A DNA stretch of 64,000 nucleotides from the NCBI RefSeq assembly GCF_044704955.1, contig NW_027253183.1, positions 558,001-622,000 on the forward strand. Direction: 5' to 3'. The notes beneath the pieces were generated by a model. That model had not been told where the DNA came from. It worked only from the letters and a program-made list of their open reading frames with translations, and did no database searches. Below, one piece after another: positions 37,051 through 50,215 of the stretch (within the stretch, counting starts at the first letter, position 1; the number at the start of each line of letters is the position of its first letter). This stretch comes from Pristiophorus japonicus (taxonomy: Eukaryota). The position numbers were made by a program, and so were the translations under genes.

Positions 37051-38552
37051 TCACTGCCTGCTGTACCTGCATGCCAACTTTCAATGACTGATGTACCATG
37101 ACACCCAGGTCTCATTGCACCTCTCCTTTTCCTAATCTGCCGCCATTCAGATAATATTCTGCCTTCGTGTTTTTGCCACCAAAGTAGATAACCTCACATT
37201 TATCCACATTAGACTGCATCTGCCATGCATTTGCCCACTCACCTAACCTGTCCAAATCATCCTGCAGCCTCTTGGCGTCCTCCTCACAGCTCACACCCAG
37301 CTTAGTGTCATCTGCAAACTTGGAGATATTACACTCAATTCCTTCATCTAAATCATTAATGTATATTGTAAATAGCTGGGGTCCCAGCACTGAACCCTGC
37401 GGCACCCCACTCGTCACTGCCTGCCATTCTGAAAAGGACCCGTTTATCCCAACTCTCTGCTTCCTGTCTGCCAACCAGTTCTCTATCCACGTCAATACAT
37501 TACCCCCAATACAATGTACTTTAATTTTGCACACCAATCTCTTGTGTGGGACCTTGTCAAGAGCCTTATGAAAGTCCAAATACACCACATCCACTGGTTC
37601 TCCCTTGTCTACTGTACCAGTTACATCCTCAAAAAATTCTAGAAGATTTGTCAAGCATGATTTCCCTTTCATAAATCCATGCTGACTTGGACCGATCCCG
37701 TCACTGCTTTCCAAATGCGCTGTTATTTCATCTTTAATAATTGATTCCAACATTTTCCCCCCTACTGATGTCAGGCTAACTGGTCTATAATTATCTGTTT
37801 TCTCTTTCCCTCCTTGAAGTGGTGTTACATTAGCAACCCTCCAGTCCATAGGAACTGATCCAGAGTCGATAGACTGTTGGAAAATGATCATGAATGCATC
37901 CACTATTTCTAGGGCTACTTCCTTAAGTACTCTGAGATGCAGACTATCAGGCCCCGGGGATTTATCGGCCTTTAATCCCATCAATTTCCCGAACACAATT
38001 TCCCGCCTAATAAGGATATCCTTCAGTTCCTCTTTCTCACTAGGTCCTCGGTCCCCCAGTATTTCCGGAAGGTTATTTGTGTCTTCCTTCGTGAAGACAG
38101 AACCAAAGTATTTGTTCAACTGGTCTGCCATTATTTGTTCCCTGTTATAAATTCACCTGAATCTGACTGCAAGGGACCTACGTTTGTTTTCATAATCTTT
38201 TATCTTCACATAAATAAAGAAGCTTTTGCAGTCAGTGTTTATGTTCCCAGCAAACTTCCTCTCATACTCTATTTTCCCCCTCGTAATTAAACCCTTTGTC
38301 CTCCTCTGCTGTATTATAAAATTCTCCCAGTCCTCAGGTTTGCTGCTTTTTCTGGCCAATTTATATGCCTCTTCCTTGGATTTAACACTATCCTTAATTT
38401 CCCTTGTTAGCCACGGTTGAGCCACCTTCCCCGTTTTATTTTTACTCCAGATGTACAATTGTTGAAGTTCATCCATGTGATCTTTGAATGTTTGCCATTG
38501 CCTATCCACTGTCAACCCTTTAAGTATCACTCGCCAGTCTATTCTAGTCAAT
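37051..38552 (-). mobile_element. CR1 ORF2 internal fragment (RT)
   Basis: 339-aa ORF 37112-38131 with PQGSVLGP and FADDTKL. Confidence 0.92.
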
Positions 38553-40120
38553 AGGGCTGGGGGTAGGACGTCACAGCTGTCAGCTCGCCAGGGGCGTGGT
38601 CGCATTTAGTTCTGCTACAAAGGACTCAGATGCAGACCTCGAGGGCCCAGACTAGCAAAGAAGGCTCATGGGCATCTCGGCTAGTGTCACTGGGCAGCCT
38701 GCCAGAGAGCATGTGCACAATGTCACGGATCATGGAGCAGTCCAGCTCCAACTTGTCTCAAAGCTTTGTGCAGAGTGTGGAGACTATTCTGTCCAACATG
38801 GTCAGCTCTGCCATGATAGTGCCTCTGCTGACAGTTTGGATAGCAGTACAAGCTTGGATGGCTGCCATCTTGGCTTTGGGGCTCACTGTTGACGGGAACT
38901 CACAGAGCATCACGTCACATCTGTACTGCGTTCTCGAGCAGAGCAGAGCTGAGGCTCCAGCCCAAGAGCATGGCCATGGCTCCATGGGAGAGGCACCGGC
39001 TGTCCTCTCTCAGGATGGCAGCCTGTCTGACAAAGCAGCTGGCAGGGGAAACAATGACCTTGTTGGTGTCACACAGCCAGTCGGCTCAAACTGCTCTAGC
39101 CCACGCTGTAATTCTGCGGGCTTCAGCCAGGCTCTCTCAACACAGCTGGTTGAAGTCACCCACCACAGCCATCTGAAGTGTCCTCAATGGAAGCTCAGTA
39201 ACCTCACACCTCCCAAGCTGCAGCCACTGGGGAAACATCTCACTCTGTCCATCGGAAAGGAAATGCAGTTAATTTTGGCAGATAGAGCTGAAGTGACCTC
39301 ACTGATACATCTGTTGACTGCACTCTGAGATGTTTCTAGTGTCACCTGTTGCAGACTGAAAGGAGCCCATAGCATAGAAATTGAGGGCGATGGTGAGCGT
39401 GGCAGTCACAGGCAGTGCTGTCCATGCCCTGGTGTGTGGCTCGAGCTGGTGACAGAGCTTAGCCACAGCCTCCTTAGTACAGCAAAGGCACCTCATACAT
39501 TGCTCCTGCGTGTAGTTAAGGTCGGGGAAGTGCTCCCTGAATACTCTGAGGATATGGCCTCTTACACAGTCCCCCGCTCTTCCTCCTCCTCCTCCCTCTT
39601 CTGGCTGCTGCTCCTGCTCTGGGATGCCTGTCCTGCTGCTCCCACTCAACTTCCAACCCCAAAGGCAGCCCTATGAGCCTAACCCGTGGGTACAGGCAAG
39701 CTATCTGCCTCACAAATACCAGCAATCTGACAACAGCTAAATCTGCGCCGAAGCCGATAAAGTCTAATTTGCAGAGTGCTAAAACGCAACAAACAATCCT
39801 GGGGAGTTGAACCATCAGCCTAAAAAGACAAACTCGCCTGTGAGTTCAGCATGGTCCCTTTAAATCCCCCCTGGCAGGGGCGTTTCCTGCCGGTTAGCAC
39901 CACGATTTTCTGAGTGAGACCAGCACATGGTGGGGCACTTGCTGGGATAGCTGAAAATTTAAAGTCCATCACAGGGAACACCACGGGTAAAGATTTGCGT
40001 GCACCTGACATTCATTTTAAATTTGCCAGTGGCGCAGCTCCTGACTCCTTTCCCAATATGGCGGGTGGCAAAATTCCAGTCGGAAATGTGTCTGCGCTTC
40101 CTGCCCCCGTATTGGGGCCT
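38553..40120 (-). mobile_element. Degraded Harbinger transposon remnant
   Basis: RVFREHFPDLNYTQEQCMRCLC, TLTIALNFYAMGSFQ, SQSAVNRCISEVTSAL (Harbi1-like N-terminus). Confidence 0.7.
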
Positions 40121-40251
40121 TCAGTGTTCACGCAGCACCTGACAATAAAATATTGAGGCCATTGAATGTTCTAGAGTGGTAAAACTCACAAAAATGTCCA
40201 GAAGTTCCAACCTGTAATGAGAAACCAGCAACTGACCTGTAAGTTCTGCAT

Positions 40252-43200
40252 GAACATAAGAATTCGGAGCAGGAGTAGGCATTCGGCCCCTTGAGCCTAC
40301 TCCGCCATTCATTGAGATCTTGGCTGATCTTCTACCACAACTCCACTTTCCTGCATATCCCTTGATTCCCGCAATATTCACAAATCTATCGATCTCTGTC
40401 TTGAACATACTCAAAGACTGAGCCTCCACAGCCCTCTGGGGTAGAGAATTCCAAATATTCCCCAACCTCTGAGTGAAGAACTTTCTCCTCATCTCAGTCC
40501 TAAATGGCCGACCCCCTCTTCTGAGACTGTGAGCACAGAGGAAACATTCTCCTTGCATCTACCCTGTCAAGCCCTGTAAGAATTTCAATGAGACCACCTC
40601 TTATTCTTCTACACTCTAGAGAATATAGGGCTAGTCTACTCAATCTCTCCCCATAGGACAATCACCCCATCCCAGGAATCAGTCTGGTAACCTTCGTTGC
40701 ACTCCCTCAAGTATATCGTTAGGTAAGGAGACCAAGCAGTACACAATACTCCAGGTGCGGTCTCACTAGGGCCCTATATAATTGCAGTAAGACCGCTTTA
40801 CTCTTATATTCAAATCCTCATGCAATAAAGGCCAACATATCATTTGCTTTCTTAATTGCTTGCTGTACCTGCATGTTAACTTTGTGATTCATGTACAAGG
40901 ACACCCAGGTCCCTTTGAAAACCAACATTTCCTAATCTCTCACTATTTAAAAAAAAATACTCTGCTTTTCCATTGTTCCTACCAAAGTGGATAACTTCAC
41001 ATTTCTCCATATTATATTCCATTTGCCATGTTCTTGCCCACCCACTTAGCCTGTCTATATTCACTTAAAGTCTCGTTGCATCCTCATCACAACTTACATT
41101 CCCACCTAGCTTTGTATCATCAGGAAATTTGGATATATTACATTTGGTTGCCTCATCCAAATCATTGATATTGATATAGATTGTGAATAGCTGAGGAGCA
41201 AGCACCAATCCTTGCGGCACCCCACTAGTGACAATCTACCAACCCGAAAATAGAAACATAGAAAATAGGTGCAGGAGTAGACCATTCGGCCCTTCTAGCC
41301 TGAACCGCCATTCAATGAGTTCATGGCTGAACATGCAACTTCAGTACGCCATTCCTGCTTTCTCACCATACTCCTTGATCCCCCGAGTAGTAAGGACTTC
41401 ATCTAACTCCTTTTTGAATATATTTAGTGAATTGGCCTCAACAACTTTCTGTGGTAGAGAATTCCACAGGTTCACCACTCTCTGGGTGAAGAAATTCCTC
41501 CTCATCTCGGTCCTAAATGGCTTACCCCTTATCCTTAGACTGTGTGCCCTGGTTCTGGACTTCCCCAACATTGGGAACATTCTTCCTGCATCTAACCTGT
41601 CTAACCCCGTCAGAATTGTAAACATTTCTATGAGGTCCCCTCTCATTCTTCTGAACTCCAGTGAATACAAGCCCAGTTGATCCAGTCTTTCTTGATAGGT
41701 CAGTCCCGCCATCCCGGGAATCAGTCTGGTGAACCTTCGCTGCACTCCCTCAATAGCAAGAATGTCCTTCCTCAAGTTAGGAGACCAAAACTGTACACAA
41801 TAATCCAGGTGTGGCCTCACCAAGGCCCTGTACAACTGTAGCAACACCTCCCTGCCCCTGTACTCAAATCCCCTCGCTATGAAGGCCAACATGCTATTTG
41901 CTTTCTTAACCGCCTGCTGTACCTGCATGCCAACCTTCAATGACTGATGTACTATGACACCCAGGTCTCTTTGCACCTCCCTTTTTCCTAATCTGACACC
42001 ATTCAGATAATAGTCTGTCTCTCTGTTTTTACCACCAAAGTGGATAACCTCACATTTATCCACATTATACTTCATCTGCCATGCATTTGCCCACTCACCT
42101 AACCTATCCAAGTCGCTCTGCAGCCTCATAGCATCCCCCTCGCAGCTCACACTGCCACCCAACTTAGTGTCATCCGCAAATTTGGAGATACTACATTTAA
42201 TCCCCTCGTCTAAATCATTAATGTACAGTGTAAACAGCTGGGGCCCCAGTAGTCACTGCCTGCCATTCTGAAAAGTCCCCATTTACTCCTACTCTTTGCT
42301 TCTTGTCTGACAACCAGTTCTCAATCCATGTCAGCACACTACCCCCAATCCCATGTTCTTTAACGTTGCACATTAATCTCTTGTGTGGGACCTTGTCGAA
42401 AGCCTTCTGAAAGTCCAAATATACCACATCAACTGGTTCTCCCTTGTCCACTCTACTGGAAACATTCTCAAAAAATTCCAGAAGATTTGTCAAGCATGAT
42501 TTCCCTTTCACAAATCCATGCTGACTTGGACCTATCATATCACCTCTTTCCAAATGCACTGCTATGACATCCTTAATAATTGATTCCATCATTTTACCCA
42601 CTACCGATGTCAGGCTGACCGGTCTATAATTCCCTGTTATCTCCCTCCTTTTTTAAAAAGTGGGGTGACATTGGCTACCCTCCACTCCATAGGAACTGAT
42701 CCAGAGTCAATGGAATGTTGGAAAATGACTTTCAATGCATCCACTATTTCCAACGCCACCTCCTTAAGTACTCTGGGATGCAGTCCATCAGGCCCTGGGG
42801 ATTTATCGGCCTTCAATCCCATCAATTTCCACAACACAATTTCCTGACTAATAAGGATTTCCCTCAGTTCCTCCTCCTTACTAGACCATCCGACCCCTTC
42901 TATATCCAGAAGGTTTTTTGTGTCCTCCTCAGTGAATACCGAACCAAAGTACTTGTTCAATTGGTCCGCCATTTCTTTGTTCCCCGTTATGACTTCCCCT
43001 GATTCTGACTGCAGGGGACCTACATTTGTCTTTACTAACCTTTTTCTCTTTACATATCTATAGAAACTTTTGCAATCCGTCTTAATGTTCCCTGCAAGCT
43101 TCTTCTCGCACTCCATTTTCCCTACCCTAATCAAACCCTTTGTCCTCCTCTGCTGAGTTCTAAATTTCTCCCAGTCCCCGGGTTCGCTGCTATTTCTGGC

Positions 43201-46200
43201 CAATTTGTATGCCACTTCCTTGGCTTTAATACTATCCCTGATTTCCCTTGATAGCCATGGTTGAGCCACCTTCCCTTTTTTATTTTTACGCCAGACAGGA
43301 ATGTACAATTGTTGTAGTTCGTCCATGCGGTCTCTAAATGTCTGCCATTGCCCATCCACAGTCAACCCCTTCAGTATCATTCGCCAATCTATCCTAGCCA
43401 ATTCACGTCTCATACCTTCAAAGTTACCCTTCTTTAAGTTCTGGACCATGGTCTCTGAATTAACTGTTTCATTCTCCATCCTAATGCAGAATTCCACCAT
43501 ATTATGGTCACTCTTCCCCAAGGGGCCTCGCACAACGAGATTGCTAATTAATCCTCTCTCATTACACAACACCCAGTCTAAGATGGCCTCCCCCCTAGTT
43601 GGTTCCTCGACATATTGGTCTAAAAAACCATCCCTTATGCACTCCAGGAAATCCTCCTCCACCATATTGCTTCCAGTTTGGTTAGCCCAATCTATGTGCA
43701 TATTAAAGTCACCCATTATAACTGCTGCACCTTTATTGCACGCACCCCTAATTTCATGTTTGATGCCCTCCCCAACATTACTGCTACTGTTTGGAGGTCT
43801 GTACACAACTCCCACTAACGTTTTTTGCCCTTTGGTGTTCTGCAGCTCTACCCGTATAGATTCCACATCATCCAAGCTGATGTCCTTCCGAACTATTGCC
43901 TTAATTTCCTCCTTAACCATCAATGCTACCCCACCTCCTTTTCCTTTTATTCTATCTTTCCTGAATGTTGAATACCCCTGGATGTTGAGTTCCCAGCCCT
44001 GATCATCCTGGAGCCACGTCTCTGTAATCCCAATCACATCATATTTGTTAACATCTACTTGCACAGTTAATTCATCCACCTTATTGCGGATACTCCTTGC
44101 ATTAAGACACAAAGCCTTCAGGCTTGTTTTTTTAACACCCTTTGTCCTTTTAGAATTTTGCTGTACAATGGCCCTTTTTGTTCTTTGCCTTGGGTTTCTC
44201 TGTCCTCCACTTTTCCTCATCTCCTTTCTCTGTTTTTCTTTTGCCTCCTTTTTGTTTCCCTCTGTCTCCCTGCATTGGTTCCCATCCTCCTGCCATATCA
44301 GTTTAAATCCTCCCCAACAGCACTAGCAAACACTCCCCCTAGGACATTAGTTCCGGTCCTGCCCAGGTGCAGACCGTCCGGTTTGTACTGGTCCCACCTC
44401 CCCCAGAACGGTTCCAGATTAGGAGAACCAGACCCATTTATTCCTGCTCTCTGTTTTCTGTGCATTAACCAATCCTCAATCCATGCTAGTATATTACCCC
44501 CAATCCCATGAGCCCTAATGTTGGTCAATAACCTCTTGTGTGGCACCTTATTGAATGGCTTCTGAAAATCCAAATACACCACATCCACTGATTGCCCCCT
44601 TAACCATCCTGCTCGTTACATCCTCAAAAAAACTCTTAACAGATTTGACAAACATGATTTCCCTTTCATAAATCTGTGTTGACTCTGCCCAATCCTATTA
44701 TTACTTTCAAAGTGCCCTGTTACCACATTCTTAATAGATTTTAGCATTTTCCCTACGACTGATGTCAGGTTAACTGGCCTATAGTTCCCCGTTTTCTCTC
44801 TTCCTCCTTTCGTAAATAGCGGGGTTACTTTAGCTACCTTCTGGAACCGTTCTAGAACCTATCGTATTTGGAAGATGACAACCAATGCATCCACTATCTC
44901 GATAGCCAACTCTTTCAAAACCCGAGGATGTAGGACATCAGGTCCAGGGGATAGAAAATAGGTGCAGGAGTAGGCCTTTTGGCCCTTCAAGCCTGCACCA
45001 CCATTCAATATGATCATGCAACTTCAGTACCCCAGACCCCATTATTGGCTTTCAGTCCGATTAATTTCCCCAGTACAATTTTTTTTACTAATACAAATTT
45101 TTTTCAATTCCTCATTCTTGCTAAACCCTTGCTAATCCACTATTTCCGGGAGTCTTTTCGTGCCTTCTTAGAAACATAGAAAATAGGTGCAGGATTAGGC
45201 CATTCAGCCCTTCGAGCCTGCACCACTATTTAATAAGATCATGGCTGATCATTCACCTCAGAACCCCTTTCCTGCATTCTCTCCATACCCCTTGATCTCT
45301 TTAGCCGTAACGGCCAGATCTAACTCTCTCTTGAATATATCCAATGAACTGGCATTAACAACTCTCTGCGGTAGGGAATTCTGCAGGTTAACAACTCTTG
45401 AGTGAAGAAATTTCTCATCTCAATCCTAAATGACTTACCCCTTATCCTTAGACTATGTCCCCTGGTTCAGGACTTCCCCAACATCGGGAACATTCTTCCT
45501 ACATCTAACTTGTCCAGTCCCATCAGAATTTTATATGTTTCTATGAGATCCCCTCTCATCCTTCTAAACTCCAGTGAATACAGGCCCAGTTGATCCAGTC
45601 TCTTCTCATGTCAGTCCTGCCATCCTGGGAATCAGTCTGGTGAACCTTCACTGCACTCTCTCAAAAGCAAGAAAGTCCTTCCTCAGATTAGGAGACCAAA
45701 ACTGAACACAATATTCCAGATGAGGCCTCACCAAGGCACTATATAACTGCAGTAAGACCTCACTGCTCTTATACTCAAATCCCCTAGCTATGAAGGCCAT
45801 CATACCATTTGCTTTCTTCACCGCCTGCTGTACTGGCATGCCAACTTTTAATGATTGATGTACCATGACACCCAGGTCTCGTTGCACCTCCCCTTTTCCT
45901 AATCTGCCACCATTCAGATAATATTCTGCCTTCGTGTTTTTGCCACCAAAGTGGATAACCTCACATTTATCCACATTATACTGCATCTGCCATGCGTTTG
46001 CTCACTCACCTAACCTGTCCAAGTCACCCTGCAGCCTTTTAGTGTCCTCCTCACAGTTCACACCACCACCCAGCTTAGTGTCATCTGCAAACCTGGAGAT
46101 ATTACACTCAATTCCCTCATCCAAATCATTAATATGTATTGTAAATAGCTGGGGTCCCAGCACTGAGCCCTGCGGCACCCCACTAGTCACTGCCTGTCAT

Positions 46201-49130
46201 TTATCCCCACTCTCTGCTTCCTGTCTGCCAACCAATTCTCTATCCATGTCAGTACATTACCCCCAATACCATGTGCTTTAATTTTACACATCAATCTCTT
46301 GTGTGGGACCTTGTCAAAAGCCTTTTGAAAGTCCAAATACACCACATCCACTAGTTCTCCCTTGTCCACTGTACTAGTTACATCCTCAAAAAATTCTAGA
46401 AGATTTATCAAGCAGGATTTCCCTTTCATAAATCCATGCTGACTTGGACCAATCCCGTCACTGCTTTCCAAATTTGCTATTTCATCTTTAATAATTGATT
46501 CCAACATTTTCCCCACTATTGATGTCAGGCCAACCGGTCTATAATTAGCCATTTTCTCTCTCCCTCCTTTCTTAAAAAGTGGTGTTACATTAGCTGCCTG
46601 CAGTCCATTGGAACCGATCCAGAGTCGATAGACTGTTGGAAAATGATCACGAATGCATCCACTATTTCTAGGGCTACTTCATTAAGTACTCTGGGATGCA
46701 GACTATCAGGCCCCGGGGATTTATCGGCCTTCAATCCCATCAATTTCCCTAACACAATTTCCCGCTGAATAAGGATATCCTTCTGTTCCTCCTTCTCACT
46801 AGACCCTCGGTCTCCTGCTATTTCCGGAAGGTTATTTGTGTCTTCCTTCGTGAAGACAGAACCAAAGTATTTGTTTAACTGGTCCGCCATTCTTTGTTCC
46901 CTGTTATAAATTCACCTGATTCTGACTGCAAGGGACCTATGTTTGTTTTCACATATCTATAGAAGCTTTTGCAGTCAGTTTTTATGTTCCCAGAAAGCTT
47001 CCTCTCATATTCTATTTTCCCCCTCCTAATTAAACCCTTTGTCCTCTTCTGCTGTATTATAATTCTCCCAATCCTCAGGTTTGCTGCTTTTTCTGGCCAA
47101 TTTATATGCCTCTTCCTTGGATTTAACACTATCCTTAATTACCTTGTTAGCCACGGTTGAGCCACCTTCCCTGTTTTATTTTTACTCCAGACAGTGATGT
47201 ACAATTATTGAAGTTCATCCATGTGATCTTTAAATGTTTGCCATTGGCTATGCACCGTCAACCCTTTAAGTATCATTTGCCAGTCTATTCTAGCCAATTC
47301 ACGTCTCATACCATCGAAGTTACCTTTCCTTAAGTTCAGGACCCTAGTCTCTGAATTAACTGTGTCACTTTCCATCTTAATAAAAAAATTCTACCATATT
47401 ATGGTCACTCTTCCCCAAGGGGCCTCGCACAACAAGATTGTTAGTTACTCCTTTCTCATTACACATCACCCAGTCTGGGATGGCCAGCCCTCTAGTTGCT
47501 TCCTCGACATATTGATCTAGAAAGCCATCCCTAATACACCCTAGGAAATCCTCCTCCATCGCATTGCTACCAGCTTGGTTAGCCCAATCTATATGTAGAT
47601 TAAAGTCACCCATGATAACTGCTGTACCTTTATTGCATGCATCCCTAATTTCTTGTTTGATGCTGTCCCCAACCTCACTACTACTGTTTGGTGGTCTGTA
47701 CACAACTCCCACTAGCGTTTTCTGCCCTTTGGTATTCCATAGCTCCACTCATACAGATTCCACATCATCCAAGCTAACGTCCTTCTTTACTATTGCATTA
47801 ATTTCCTCTTTAACCAGCAACGCCACCACACCTCCTTTTCCTTTCTGTCTATCCTTCCTAAATGTTGAATACCTCTGGATGTTGAGTTCCCAGCCTTGGT
47901 CACCCTGGAGCCATGTCTCTGTGATGCCAATTACATCATTTCTGTTAACTGCTATCTGCGCAGTTAATACGTCCACATTATTCTGAATACTCCTCGCATT
48001 GAGGCACAGAGCCTTCGAGCTTGTCTTTTTAACACCCTTCGCCCCTGAAGACATACACAAAGTATTTATTTGATTTCTCTGCCATCTCCTTATTCCCCAT
48101 TATAATTTCTCCTGTGTCAGCCAGTAGGGGACCCACATTTACTTTTGCTAATCTTTTCCTTTTTACAAACCTATAGAAGCTTTTACAGTTTGTTTTTGTC
48201 TCTCGCTAATTTACTTTCATATTCTGCTTTCTCTTTTTTTGTCAATTTCTTGGTCCTCCTTTGCTGGGTTCTAAAATTCTCCCAATCCTCAGGCTTACTG
48301 CACTTTTTGGCATTATTATCAGCCTCTTCCTTTGATCTAATACTATCTTTAACTTCTCTTGTTAGCCACGGTTGGACCACTTTTCCTCTCGGGTTTTATT
48401 GCCATAAAGGAATGTATGTTTGTTGTAAATTATGTATTAATTCTTTAAATACGAGCCATTGCTTGTCTACCATCGTACCCTTTAATGTAGTTTTCCAATC
48501 TACCTTAGCCAACTCACCCTTCATACCTATGTAGTTTACTTTGTTTAGATTTAAGACCCTAGTTTTGTGTTTAACTAAATCACTTTCAAACTTAATGTAA
48601 AATTCTATCATATTATGGTCACTCTTCCCCCGGGCCCCTTTACTACAAGTTTATTAATTAACCCTTTCTCATTGTATACTACCACATCTAAAAATAGCCT
48701 GTTCTCTAATTGGTTCCTCAACATACTGGTTGAGAAAAAAGAATTTGTCCTCTACGCTATTACTGCAAATTTGGTTTGCCCAGTCTATATGTAGATTAAA
48801 GTCCCCCATGAGTATTGTATTACCTTCTTAACATGCACCTCTAATTTCCTGATTGATATTGTGCCCTACATTACCATTACTGTTTGGGGGCCTATAAACT
48901 CCCACAAATGTTTTCTGCCCCTTGCTGTTTCTTAGCCCCACCCAAACTGATTCTACTTCTTGATTTCCTGAGCTAAGATCTTTCCCTCTACTGGCTTTTT
49001 AACCATCCTTTTATTATCAGGGCTATTCCTCCTCCTTTTCCATTTGGCCTATCTCTTCTAAAAGTTAAGTATCCTGAAATATTTAGTTCCCAACTGTGGT
49101 CACTTTGCAACCACGTCTCTATAATAGCTA
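40252..49130 (-). mobile_element. Nest of CR1 LINEs: an older copy split by younger copies at ~41249-44410 and ~45169-48045
   Basis: 527-aa EN-tether ORF 42637-44220; RT ORFs 41341-42601 and 45648-46890; repeated 3' tails CATAGAAA mark the insertion points. Confidence 0.9.
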
Positions 49131-49639
49131 ATGGCAAATGAGCCCTTTAAGAGCTCTGGTGAGGGGGTTCCCACCAATTAGCGACACATTGTGCTGTGTG
49201 AGTTCTGCACACGGTGAGTGAAGCGAGGGACTTTCCAGAACGGGTGCTGCAATGCTCATTTAAATAACTAAATCTGCCCTATAAATGCCACCGATGTGCG
49301 GTTCTGATGCCAGTGTGTCCACCTTAACCAAAATGGCGGGTGCCACACTTGCAGATTAAAATGTGTGCGCTTCCTGCCCGCCATATTGGGATGTTAAGCT
49401 GGTTAGCGGTCGAAAAACGGGCAGTGTGTGGACAAATCTTTCGGCCGCTGTATCTATCTCACACGGGAAGAATGGATTTGGGGGTAAGATGTGGAAGGGC
49501 TGCCAGTGCCCGTGAATCTCCGCCCCAGCAAGTCCCTTCCTTCAGGAGAGAAACTGGAGGGAAGAGAAACAAATCGATTGCAAGTCGTGGCTGCTTGTCT
49601 GTGATGTGTGACTACATTTTCAGGACACGATTTGTTCTC

Positions 49640-49745
49640 ACTCCTTCCTGTTTGTGGTTTGTAATCGACAAAGAACATAGGGAAGTTGAGTGACATTGAG
49701 CCATCTCTGAAACACTGCCAGTAACACACAGTGTGTGAATGCAAT
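49640..49745 (+). promoter_or_regulatory. Candidate lymphoid promoter of the IgSF gene (copy C)
   Basis: Ets CTTCCTG (49644-49650) next to Runx TGTGGTTT (49653-49660); GGAAGT; motifs GTGACATTGAGCCA (49690-49703) and ACAGTGTGTGAATG shared with copy B; ~30 nt upstream of the leader ATG. Confidence 0.55.
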
Positions 49746-49768
49746 CTTTTAAAAATAAATTTGATGAA

Positions 49769-49820
49769 ATGTTTGGCCCGAGGCTCACAGCCGTGACTCT
49801 GACCCTCTGTGTCGCAGTGG
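49769..49820 (+). CDS. Signal-peptide (leader) exon MFGPRLTAVTLTLCVAV-G
   Basis: ATG, a basic residue, a hydrophobic core, 52 nt, and a phase-1 consensus donor G|GTAAGT; joins in frame to a VJ exon of the 25995 type (..VAV-G-LKA-SPVLIQSP). Confidence 0.7.
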
Positions 49821-50215
49821 GTAAGTAAATGCCCAGAGTGGGGGCACCCAACCTGGGTTTGGTTTTTCATGATCACATTTCTGAGATTGATTTTCCGATT
49901 GTGGCCGGGTGGTGTGAGTCGGGTATTTTGCAGTCAGATATTTATGTTTAAGAATTGAGATATGTTGGGATTTCTCATGGTTCAGTGGGCAAATACACGG
50001 TAAGATGTGACACTGAGCCACACTGCCCAGTTATCCCACGCCTGACTGCTTGGGTGTGACGATCAATAGACTCAGCTGTGCTGCTCTTCAAGAAGTCATC
50101 CAGAATGTATTGTCCTGACTCATTTATAAAGAACAGACATTTGGATGAGCTATCAGAAGGCTGTCACCACCTGTGGAATCATTCCCCACAGTGGGACACA
50201 ACTTCAGGGTGAGGA

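Noticed and set aside
49727-50193. CACAGTG heptamers at 49727 and ~50187
   Set aside because: No nonamer at 12 or 23 bp was found, and neither is adjacent to a V, D or J coding end
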